Source: an uncultured Leptospirales bacterium
GTDB taxonomy: Bacteria; Spirochaetota; UBA4802; UBA5550
Length of the DNA stretch: 24,000 bases
Assembly: GCA_964554685.1 (NCBI GenBank)
Contig: CAZKPR010000020.1
Location: 4,536-28,535 of the forward strand
Reading direction: 5' to 3'
In this document: positions 8,502-15,611 of the stretch, one piece after another
Layout: each line of letters opens with the position of its first letter
Numbering within the stretch: the first letter of the stretch is position 1
Program-made: the position numbers and the translations under genes
Notes under the pieces: model-generated
Seen by the model: the letters and a program-made list of their open reading frames with translations, nothing else
Told to the model about the DNA's origin: nothing
Database searches by the model: none

Positions 8502-9065
8502 ATGGATATCCTGTCGATCATCGTCGTTGCCATCGCCCTGGCCATGGACGCCTTTTCCGTGTCGATTTCCTGCGGCATTACGATTCCCAGGCCTGGGCCG
8601 CGGCACTATTTTCGCCTCGCCTTCCACTTCGGTCTCTTCCAGTTCATGATGCCCGTTATCGGCTATTCCGGCGGCTCCCTGCTCGAAGGCCATATCGGGG
8701 CCTATGACCACTGGGTCGCCTTCGCGCTCCTGGTTTTCATCGGGATAAAGATGATGCGTGACGCGCTCTCGTCGGATGATCCCGCCTGCGGTCCCGGCGC
8801 GGACCCCACACGTGGCTGGTCGCTCCTGGTCCTCGCCGTGGCAACCAGCATCGACGCCCTTGCCGTGGGAATCTCACTCGGCGTCCTTGGCCGGCCGATC
8901 CTTCTCCCCAGCGTGATCATCGGGGTGGTCTGCGCCCTCTTCTCGATTCTCGGCGTGGCCATAGGCACGAAGGCGGGGCCGCTCCTCGGGAAGCGTGCCG
9001 GCGCCTTCGGGGGCATCATGCTCGTCGCGATAGGGATCAAGATCGTCATCGATCACACGCGATAA
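8502..9065 (+). CDS. mntP: manganese efflux pump MntP (DUF204 family)
   Basis: 187-aa ORF with the typical MntP N-terminus MDILSIIVVAIALAMDAFSVSIS and an internal repeat (VAIALAMDAFSVSIS / LAVATSIDALAVGIS). It is a 6-TM protein. GGAAG lies 4-8 nt upstream of the ATG. Confidence 0.9.
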   Translation: MDILSIIVVAIALAMDAFSVSISCGITIPRPGPRHYFRLAFHFGLFQFMMPVIGYSGGSLLEGHIGAYDHWVAFALLVFIGIKMMRDALSSDDPACGPGADPTRGWSLLVLAVATSIDALAVGISLGVLGRPILLPSVIIGVVCALFSILGVAIGTKAGPLLGKRAGAFGGIMLVAIGIKIVIDHTR

Positions 9066-9094
9066 AGCGGACAGGATGCGAACTGGAGGTATTG

Positions 9095-9775
9095 ATGAAC
9101 ACGACACTCACACCCGTTGCTACAGACCGTCTGCTGCGCGCCGCATTCATCCTGAGCGTCTTCACCATCCTCTACAACATCGCCGAGGGTGCGGTGTCGA
9201 CATTTTTCGGCTTCAACGACGATACCCTGGCGCTTTTCGGATTTGGCGTTGACAGCTTCGTGGAGGTGATCTCCGGCGTGGGAGTGGGCCACATGGCGTG
9301 GAGGATGCGGCGCAATCCCGTGAGCGAGCGCGACCGCTTCGAGCGCCATGCCCTGCGAATCACCGCCGCGGGCTTCTTCATCCTCACGGCGGGGCTGGTC
9401 GCGGGGTCGATCCTGAGCGCGCTATACCGCATCGAGCCCGATACCACGCTTCCGGGCGTCGTTATTTCATTGATATCGATCGCCACCATGTGGGCGCTGT
9501 ACGCCGGAAAGATGAAGGTGGGAAAACGGCTCGACTCCGCCCCGATAATCGCGGACGCGCGCTGCACGAAGACCTGCTTCTACCTCTCGTTCATACTCCT
9601 CGCTTCGAGCGGGCTCTACGAGCTGTTCAGGATCAGCTACATCGACATCGCCGGAGCCCTCGGGATCGCATGGTTCGCTATCCGCGAAGGACGCGAGGCC
9701 CTGGAAAAGTCTCGGCGCGGATCGATCTCCTGTTCCTGCGAAGGATGCGGAGATAATGAACGCGGGGTCACCTGA
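9095..9775 (+). CDS. cation diffusion facilitator-like transporter, transmembrane domain only, Cys-rich tail
   Basis: ORF 9092..9775. ATG 9095 is preceded by GGAGG at 9085-9089. There are six predicted TM helices. TM2 VDSFVEV and TM5 ADARCTKTC line up with E. coli YiiP VDSLVDI and ADMLHYQSD. There is no C-terminal cytoplasmic domain; the protein ends instead in ...SISCSCEGCGDNERGVT. Confidence 0.75.
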   Translation: MNTTLTPVATDRLLRAAFILSVFTILYNIAEGAVSTFFGFNDDTLALFGFGVDSFVEVISGVGVGHMAWRMRRNPVSERDRFERHALRITAAGFFILTAGLVAGSILSALYRIEPDTTLPGVVISLISIATMWALYAGKMKVGKRLDSAPIIADARCTKTCFYLSFILLASSGLYELFRISYIDIAGALGIAWFAIREGREALEKSRRGSISCSCEGCGDNERGVT

Positions 9776-9785
9776 CCCCGCGTTC
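9758..9785. terminator. bidirectional terminator-like hairpin between convergent genes
   Basis: GAACGCGGGGTCA (9758-9770) and TGACCCCGCGTTC (9773-9785) form a perfect inverted repeat. The effective stem is 10 bp with loop TCACCTGA. It overlaps the TGA of the CDF-like gene and sits 22 nt from the stop of the convergent flavodiiron gene. No clear U-tract. Confidence 0.55.
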
Positions 9786-9806
9786 AACCCCGCCCGCGGC
9801 TTCCCG

Positions 9807-10994
9807 TCAGATCGAGGCGCCGATCGTCCTCCCGTACTCCAAACAGGCCTTCACCGCGTCCCCGTCGGGCTTCCAGAGGGCCCGCAGCCCGTCGCCGATG
9901 ATCTCGAACCCCCCCTGCTTCAGCCCCTCCGCAAGGATTCGCGTCGACTCGCCGCTCCAGCCGTAGCAGCCGAAGGCGAAGGCCTTCTTGTTCTTCAGCT
10001 TGAGCCCCCGCACCTCCTCGAGGAACGCGGCGATGGAACTCAGGATGCCCTGGTTGATGGTGGGTGAGCCGACCCCGATCGCCTTCGACTTGAAGACCTC
10101 GGTGACGATGTCGTTCTTGTCCGTGATGGCGGCGTTGTAGAGCTTCACGTTAAGCGTCGGGTCCTTCTCCCGTATCCCCGCGGCGATCGCCTCGGCCATA
10201 AGGCGGGTGCCCTGCCACATCGTGTCATAGACGAGGGTGACCTGGTGCTCCCGGTACTCGTCGGCCCACTCCAGGTACTTCTTCACGATCTGGGCGGGGT
10301 CCACCCGCCAGATGACGCCGTGGCTCGTGCAGATCATCTCCAGGGGAAGCTCCAGGGCGAGGAACTCCTTGATCTTCTTCGTCACCAGGGGGCTGAAGGG
10401 GGCCAGGATATTGGCGTAGTACTTCAGGCACTCCTCGTGGAGTTCGTGCGGGTCCGCCGTATCGTTGAAGAGGCCGCTCGAGGCGTAGTGCTGGCCGAAG
10501 GCGTCGTTGCTGAAAAGCACGGCGTCCCCCGTCAGGTAGCACATCATGCTGTCGGGCCAGTGAAGCATCGGCGCTTCGACGAAGACGAGTTCCTTCTTGC
10601 CGAGGCTCAGACGGTCGCCGGTCTTCACGGTTGTGAAATTCCAGTCCCGGTGGTACTGCCCCTTCAGTGATTTCACCCCGTTTGCCGTGCAGTAGACCGG
10701 GGTGTCCGGGATCTTCTCGAGGAGAAGGGGAAGGGCCCCGCTGTGGTCGATCTCCCCGTGATTCGCGATGATGAAGTCAATCTTTTTCAGGTCGATCTCC
10801 TTCTCCAGGGCCGCCACGTATTCCTCCGCGTAGGGGGCCCAGACCGTGTCAATGAGGGCCGTTTTCTCCTCCCTCACGAGGTAGGAGTTATAGGTCGTTC
10901 CCCGGTGCGTAGAGTTCTCGTCTCCATGGAACTTCCGGAGTTCCCAGTCTGTTTTTCCCTACCAGGTGATGTTGTTTTTGATCGTGATTGCCAT
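9807..10994 (-). CDS. flavodiiron protein (FprA/ROO-type A flavoprotein) interrupted by an in-frame TAG at codon 12 (possible pseudogene)
   Basis: The ORF track gives 9807..10877 starting at GTG. That version lacks the conserved N-terminus. Extending upstream in the same frame gives ATG 10994 with GGAGG 7 nt upstream and [50 protein letters not shown]. That string is the canonical FDP N-terminus (W-V-G..DW..R.FHG....GTTYNSYL), with TAG (10961-10959) where Val is expected. The di-iron motif NHGEIDHSG and the C-terminal flavodoxin-like domain (VGSPTINQGILSS...FGCYGWSGE) are intact. Confidence 0.85.
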
Positions 10995-11146
10995 AATCTA
11001 CCTCCATTCTCTCGATTATATCCCTAATGATTGCGTTGCCTGCCCCAGCGTGATCCCATGGTTGAAACGAGCAGTATTGTCCGCGGGCGCTTAAAAATCA
11101 AGTGATTGTTGCCTGTTTCAATCTACTGAATGTTTTACCCTGTTTC

Positions 11147-11162
11147 ATTGACCCGGGTCAAT
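11147..11162. promoter_or_regulatory. perfect 16-bp palindrome, candidate operator in the fdp/hgcA divergent control region
   Basis: ATTGACCCGGGTCAAT is its own reverse complement. It lies about 20 nt upstream of the -35 of the putative hgcA promoter. It is flanked by direct repeats CCTGTTTCA (11112-11120, 11139-11147) and ATTGTTGC (11105-11112, 11161-11168). Confidence 0.4.
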
Positions 11163-11181
11163 TGTTGCGAGAAAAAAAACC

Positions 11182-11210
11182 TTGACTGCTATTTGCTATT
11201 TTGCTAAATG
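11182..11210 (+). promoter_or_regulatory. sigma70-like promoter for hgcA
   Basis: TTGACT (11182-11187), 17-nt spacer (containing tandem GCTATTT), TAAATG (11205-11210). The -10 hexamer overlaps the first ATG of the ORF (11208), which argues for a downstream hgcA start (11226 or 11238). Confidence 0.4.
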
Positions 11211-12416
11211 ACCAAATATTCAAGAATGGACAGGCTGATGAAACAGAACTCGCCCGATCAGGGGCCGGCCCTGGCACCATCCAGCACCGGTAAACCGTTA
11301 GCGCCGGCCACCGGCCGCCTCGCCTCACCTGACCCCGGGGTCCTCCACGAGGCGGCGCGCGCCCTTCTCGCTCCGGGCCACGGGCCCGTGATTGCCGTTC
11401 CCGGAAGGGATAGTGTCCGCAGGGTCACACATGAGTGGACCGCCGCTGACCGGTGGGGACGCATCCGCGCCCGTATCGGTTCCTTCCGGATGAAGTATGA
11501 TGTCCCTCCCGGACTCTATGCCCTCGGCGATCCTGACAGCACGACGGATGTGTTCGTTTCGGCGAACTACAAGCTGAGCTTCGACATGCTCCGGCGCGCC
11601 CTCGGCTCGATCAGCGCATGGATCCTCGTCCTCGACACGAAGGGGATAAACGTATGGTGCGCCGCGGGCAAGGGGACCTTCGGCACGGCGGAACTGGTGC
11701 GCCGCGTCAGAGATGGCCGGCTCGCGGAGCGGGTCTCCCACCGGCGAATAATCGTCCCCCAGCTCGGCGCCCCCGGCGTCAGGGCGTCAGAGGTGAAGCG
11801 CGCGACCGGATTCACGGTATATTTCGGCCCGGTTGACGCCGGGGACATCATCTCCTACGTGGACAACGGTTATCGCGCAGATCCCGCGATGCGCCGGGTG
11901 CGGTTCGGCCTCACCGACCGCCTGGTACTCACGCCCATGGAGCTCCGACAGTCGGTGAAGTACGGCGTCATCACCTCCCTGGCGATCCTCGCATTCTTCG
12001 GCCTCCAGCCTCAGGGAATACTGTTCGCGGCCGCGTGGAACGAGGGCCGCGCCTACCTTCTATTTCTGTTCACGGCAATCGCGACCGGCGCCATCGCCAC
12101 TCCTGCCCTCCTCCCCGTCATCCCGGCCCGATCATTCGCCCTGAAGGGATGGCTCGCCGGGGCCGCGACGGTGGCGCCCCTCGCCCTGGCCTCCCCTCTC
12201 GGCGGTGGATCGCTCCTCTACGGGAGCGCGGCGCTCATCGCCTTCCCTCTGCTGTCATCATACCTGGCGCTTCAGTTCACCGGAGCCTCAACCTTCACTG
12301 GTCCCTCGGGCGTGAAAAGGGAACTGAAACTATTCCTCCCGATATATATCATCGGTGCGTGCGCCGCGCTGTTGCTCCTGGCGCTCTATAAAATCAAAAC
12401 GTGGGGGCTCCTGTGA
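11208..12416 (+). CDS. hgcA: mercury methylation corrinoid protein HgcA
   Basis: The diagnostic cap-helix motif GINVWCAAGKGTFGT is present (N-V-W-C-A-A-G-K encoded at 11649-11672). It sits inside a corrinoid-binding domain (FRMKYDVPPGLYALGDP...VFVSANYKLSFDMLRRAL...WILVLDTKG), followed by a C-terminal multi-TM domain. The start is uncertain (in-frame ATGs at 11208, 11226, 11238). The N-terminal ~60 aa are Pro/Ala-rich. Confidence 0.9.
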   Translation: MTKYSRMDRLMKQNSPDQGPALAPSSTGKPLAPATGRLASPDPGVLHEAARALLAPGHGPVIAVPGRDSVRRVTHEWTAADRWGRIRARIGSFRMKYDVPPGLYALGDPDSTTDVFVSANYKLSFDMLRRALGSISAWILVLDTKGINVWCAAGKGTFGTAELVRRVRDGRLAERVSHRRIIVPQLGAPGVRASEVKRATGFTVYFGPVDAGDIISYVDNGYRADPAMRRVRFGLTDRLVLTPMELRQSVKYGVITSLAILAFFGLQPQGILFAAAWNEGRAYLLFLFTAIATGAIATPALLPVIPARSFALKGWLAGAATVAPLALASPLGGGSLLYGSAALIAFPLLSSYLALQFTGASTFTGPSGVKRELKLFLPIYIIGACAALLLLALYKIKTWGLL

Positions 12417-12697
12417 AATACCTGAAAAACGTCGCAACCCTATCTTACGACGAGGCGCGGTGCACCGGGTGCGGCCGCTGCGTCGAGGTCTGCCCCCATG
12501 GCGTCTTCGAGATGAGTGGCGGGAAGGCGTCGATCCGTGACCGCGACCTCTGCATGGAATGCGGCGCCTGCTCCCTGAACTGCGACTTCGGCGCCATCGC
12601 GGTGACCGCCGGCGTGGGATGCGCCGCGGCACTCATCAACGGCATGATCACGGGCAACGAGTCGTGCGGCTGCGGCGGCGACGCCGGGTGCTGCTGA
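12413..12697 (+). CDS. hgcB: mercury methylation ferredoxin HgcB (2x[4Fe-4S])
   Basis: ORF 12401..12697. It has two CxxCxxCxxxCP-type clusters (CTGCGRCVEVCP, CMECGACSLNC), the HgcB-typical CMECGA motif (12551-12571), an additional Cys in VGCAAAL and a C-terminal vicinal pair ...CGCGGDAGCC. I prefer GTG 12413, which overlaps the hgcA TGA as GTGA and has GGGGG 6 nt upstream. GTG 12401 is the alternative. Confidence 0.9.
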   Translation: MKYLKNVATLSYDEARCTGCGRCVEVCPHGVFEMSGGKASIRDRDLCMECGACSLNCDFGAIAVTAGVGCAAALINGMITGNESCGCGGDAGCC

Positions 12698-12710
12698 AAG
12701 GAGGCACGCA

Positions 12711-13058
12711 ATGAAGAAGCAACTCCCCCCCCAGTACGAGGCGCGGGCGAACATCATCAAGGCCATAGGGCACCCCGCCAGGCTCTTCATTATAGAGGAG
12801 CTGCACCGGGGCGAGCGGTGCGTCAACGACCTGACCGGGATGATCGGCTCCGACGTCTCCACAGTATCGAAGCACCTGGCGGTGCTGAAGAACGCCGGGC
12901 TGGTGTACGACGAAAAGCGTGGCACCAGCATCTACTATTCCCTCTGCTGTCCATGCATCCTCGACTTCATCGGATGCGTCGAGACCGTGCTCAGGACCAG
13001 CGCGGAGAAGCAGATGGATATCGCGCGGTGCTGCGGCATCGGCGCGAAAGGCAACTGA
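12711..13058 (+). CDS. arsR: ArsR/SmtB-family metalloregulator with C-terminal Cys cluster
   Basis: 115 aa. Winged-helix core IIKAIGHPARLFIIEELHRGERCVNDLTGMIGSDVSTVSKHLAVLKNAGLV. AAGGAGG lies upstream of the ATG. The start is only 13 nt after the hgcB stop. Confidence 0.9.
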   Translation: MKKQLPPQYEARANIIKAIGHPARLFIIEELHRGERCVNDLTGMIGSDVSTVSKHLAVLKNAGLVYDEKRGTSIYYSLCCPCILDFIGCVETVLRTSAEKQMDIARCCGIGAKGN

Positions 13059-13112
13059 ATTCACCCCCGTGACGGGGGAACGAAACGTGATTAACGCAAG
13101 GGGTTGAACCAT

Positions 13113-14411
13113 ATGATCTGGAAAACCGAATGGAAACCGCTGCTCTGGATTGTCGGCATATTCTTCGTCTGCTTCTACCTTCCCGTGGGCACGCCCCGCT
13201 TCGACAACGCGGTGATCGAAGCCTTCGAACTCGTGAAGTGGTACGCGCGCGAGCACGTGGTCCTCTGCCTGATCCCGGCCTTTTTCATCGCCGGGGCCAT
13301 CGGCGTGTTCGTGAGCCAGGCCTCGGTGATGAAATACCTGGGCCCGGCGGCCAACAAGATCCTGGCCTACGGCGTCGGCTCCGTGTCCGGATCGATCCTG
13401 GCCGTGTGCTCCTGCACGGTGCTGCCGCTCTTTTCCGGGATATACCGGATGGGCGCGGGCCTCGGTCCGGCGATCGCCTTTCTCTATTCAGGGCCGGCGA
13501 TCAACGTCCTTGCCATCATCCTCACGGCGCGCGTCCTGGGCGTGGAGATCGGCATCGCCCGCGCCGTCGGCGCGGTGCTCTTCAGCGTGGTCATCGGCGG
13601 GATCATGCACTTCATCTACCGGAAGGAAGAACTTGAAAAAGTGAATGCCGCCATGCAGATGCCCGAGGCGGAAACGAAACGGCCCCTCTGGAAGGACGTG
13701 CTCTACTTCGCCTCGATGATCGCCATCCTGGTCTTCGCCAACTGGGGCAAACCCCTGGAGAACGAGGGTTTCTGGTATTATATGTATCACTACAAGTGGT
13801 ACCTCACCGGCGCCTTCGGGGCCGCCTTCGCCGCCATCCTTATTCTCTGGTTCGACCTCGCGTGGTGGAAGGTGCTCCTGGCCGCCATCGCCCCCGTCGC
13901 CCTGGCCATCGCGCTCCCCGGGCACCCGGTCCTTTCATTCGCATCGGGGGCCATCGGTCTTTCGGTCATCACCAGCACCGACAGGGGGGAGACCGGCGGC
14001 TGGTTCGCCGCGTCATGGGACTTCGCCAAGCAAATCCTTCCCCTCCTCCTTGTCGGTGTGCTCCTGGCGGGCATATTCCTCGGCCGGCCCGGGAACGAGG
14101 GGCTCATCCCGAACGAATGGGTGGCCGGCCTCGTGGGGGGCAACTCCCTGGGCGCCAACTTCTTCGCCTCAATCGTGGGGGCCTTCATGTACTTCGCCAC
14201 CCTCACGGAGGTCCCCATCGTGCAGGGCCTCATCGGGAGCGGGATGGGCAAGGGCCCGGCCCTGGCCCTCCTCCTCGCGGGGCCCGCGCTCTCGCTTCCC
14301 AACATGCTCGTGATCCGAAGCTACATCGGAACGAAAAAGACCGCCGTCTACTGTCTCCTCGTGGTGGTCATGTCCACCCTGTCGGGGATGATCTTCGGCG
14401 CGTTATTTTAA
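13113..14411 (+). CDS. ArsP-like permease (COG0701 / DUF318 'predicted permease' family)
   Basis: ORF 13104..14411 (TTG). I prefer ATG 13113 (MIWKTEW...). It is a polytopic membrane protein with the family-typical SGSILAVCSCTVLPLFSGIY segment and a second-half repeat (FMYFATLTEVPIVQGLI). This family commonly sits beside arsR and a small CxxC thioredoxin-fold gene, as it does here. Confidence 0.8.
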   Translation: MIWKTEWKPLLWIVGIFFVCFYLPVGTPRFDNAVIEAFELVKWYAREHVVLCLIPAFFIAGAIGVFVSQASVMKYLGPAANKILAYGVGSVSGSILAVCSCTVLPLFSGIYRMGAGLGPAIAFLYSGPAINVLAIILTARVLGVEIGIARAVGAVLFSVVIGGIMHFIYRKEELEKVNAAMQMPEAETKRPLWKDVLYFASMIAILVFANWGKPLENEGFWYYMYHYKWYLTGAFGAAFAAILILWFDLAWWKVLLAAIAPVALAIALPGHPVLSFASGAIGLSVITSTDRGETGGWFAASWDFAKQILPLLLVGVLLAGIFLGRPGNEGLIPNEWVAGLVGGNSLGANFFASIVGAFMYFATLTEVPIVQGLIGSGMGKGPALALLLAGPALSLPNMLVIRSYIGTKKTAVYCLLVVVMSTLSGMIFGALF

Positions 14412-14425
14412 ATGGAGGTACCGTC

Positions 14426-14662
14426 ATGAAACTTGAAATACTCGGAAGCGGATGCGCCAAGTGCGCCAGGCTGGAAGAGCTCGCCAGGCAGGCGGCGTCG
14501 GAACTGGGCATCGAGGCCGACATCGTCAAGGTCAAGGACATCAACGACATCATGAACTACGGGGTCATGATCACGCCGGCCCTCGTGGTGGACGGCGAGG
14601 TGAAGGTGGCGGGGAAGGTGCCGTCCCTGGAGGACATGAAAAAAATCATCTCATTAAAATAA
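14426..14662 (+). CDS. small thioredoxin-fold protein (redox-active disulfide protein 2 / TM0996-MTH895 family)
   Basis: 78 aa, MKLEILGSGCAKCARLEELA...MITPALVVDGEVKVAGKVPS. It has the CxxC motif (CAKC). GGAGG at 14414-14418 precedes ATG 14426. The longer ORF 13796..14662 overlaps the permease in another frame and is not credible. Confidence 0.85.
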   Translation: MKLEILGSGCAKCARLEELARQAASELGIEADIVKVKDINDIMNYGVMITPALVVDGEVKVAGKVPSLEDMKKIISLK

Positions 14663-14677
14663 GCGGAGAGAACGATC

Positions 14678-15091
14678 ATGGCCAATAACTGCTGCGCAAC
14701 TGGAACCAGGCTTCTCTACACCTGCTCAGGCGCATCCGATGTCGGAGAGCTGGCGGACAGGGCGGTACGGAAGCTCTGGAAAGAAGGCTTCGCGACGAAG
14801 ACCTGCCTGGCCGGCGTGGGGGCCGATATCTCGGGATTCGTACTCTCAGCGAAGGGTGCGGACGCAAACATCGCCGTGGACGGCTGCCCCCTCGCCTGCG
14901 CGAGGAAGACACTCGAACGGATAGGTGTAACCCCCGTCGCGGTGATGCTCGGGGACCTGGGTTATGCGAAAGGGGAATCCCCCGTCACCGAAGAAAGTGT
15001 GGGGCGGATCGCCATGCTTGTAAAGGAGCGGGTCACCACGGCCTCACCCGGAGTCGCACCATCGCTATCGGGCAACGGGTGCTGCTCATAG
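14678..15091 (+). CDS. DGC-domain (putative zinc/metal-binding) protein
   Basis: 137 aa, MANNCCATGTRLLYTCSGASDVGELADRA...NIAVDGCPLACARKTLE. This matches the DGC-domain pattern (VDGC...C). It has vicinal Cys pairs at both termini (NNCC..., ...GCCS). It uses TAG as its stop. Confidence 0.7.
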   Translation: MANNCCATGTRLLYTCSGASDVGELADRAVRKLWKEGFATKTCLAGVGADISGFVLSAKGADANIAVDGCPLACARKTLERIGVTPVAVMLGDLGYAKGESPVTEESVGRIAMLVKERVTTASPGVAPSLSGNGCCS

Positions 15092-15128
15092 TACGCCCCG
15101 AAACAAATACTATTTTTTTGAGGTCACC

Positions 15129-15611
15129 ATGAAACCTAAAACGATCATCGCCGCTGCGCTTGCCATCCTCGTGGCAGCCAGCACGGCGTATCTCATTGTC
15201 GGCGGAGACAGGCGCGCCGCCGAAACCGCCGCGGCTGAAGAAAAGCGGCCCATGGATGAATCGAAGAAGACCGGCATGAAAACCGTGGTCTACTATTTCC
15301 ACACGGCTTATCGCTGCTATTCATGCCAGAAGATCGAGGATCTGACGGCCCGGGCGATACGTGAGGGATTTTCGCGGGAGATCGCCGAGGGCAGCGTGGC
15401 CTGGAGACCGGTCAATATCGACCTTCCGGAGAATCGTCATTTCATCGACGACTTCAAGCTCTTCACCAAATCGGTGGTCGTCGAGAACGTGGACGGCGGG
15501 AAGCGGGTCCGGTGGAAGAACCTGGCAAGGATATGGGAGCTCCTCCGCGACGAGTCCGGGTTCACGAACTATATCCGCGCCGAGGTCGAGGGATTCCGCC
15601 ATGGGAGATGA
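15129..15611 (+). CDS. membrane-anchored CxxC protein, ArsF-like (nitrophenyl-arsenical nitroreductase subunit family, tentative)
   Basis: 160 aa. It has an N-terminal signal/anchor helix (KTIIAAALAILVAASTAYLIV) and a thioredoxin-like core with VVYYFHTAYRCYSCQKIE (CxxC). It sits immediately upstream of, and overlaps, a CcdA/ArsG-like membrane gene. The family name is recalled from memory, not searched. Confidence 0.55.
   Translation: MKPKTIIAAALAILVAASTAYLIVGGDRRAAETAAAEEKRPMDESKKTGMKTVVYYFHTAYRCYSCQKIEDLTARAIREGFSREIAEGSVAWRPVNIDLPENRHFIDDFKLFTKSVVVENVDGGKRVRWKNLARIWELLRDESGFTNYIRAEVEGFRHGR

Noticed and set aside
10959-10961. Reading the in-frame TAG of the flavodiiron gene as pyrrolysine or as evidence of a reassigned genetic code.
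   Set aside because: TAG appears to function as a normal stop for at least two neighbouring genes (the DGC protein at 15089-15091 and the MCP at 19641-19643). No pyl genes are in the window, FDPs are not known Pyl proteins, and the codon replaces a conserved Val. It is kept only as a pseudogene, error or read-through question.
13796-14425. Upstream extension of the small thioredoxin-fold ORF (288-aa version).
   Set aside because: It overlaps the permease gene out of frame and translates to Arg/Pro/Gly-rich sequence. A GGAGG site immediately precedes ATG 14426.
15361-15600. N-terminal 80 codons of ORF 15361..16305, which would make the CcdA/ArsG-like protein 314 aa long.
   Set aside because: This stretch overlaps the well-formed ArsF-like gene in another frame and translates to Ser/Arg/Gly-rich low-complexity sequence. 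ATG 15601 begins the first TM helix.
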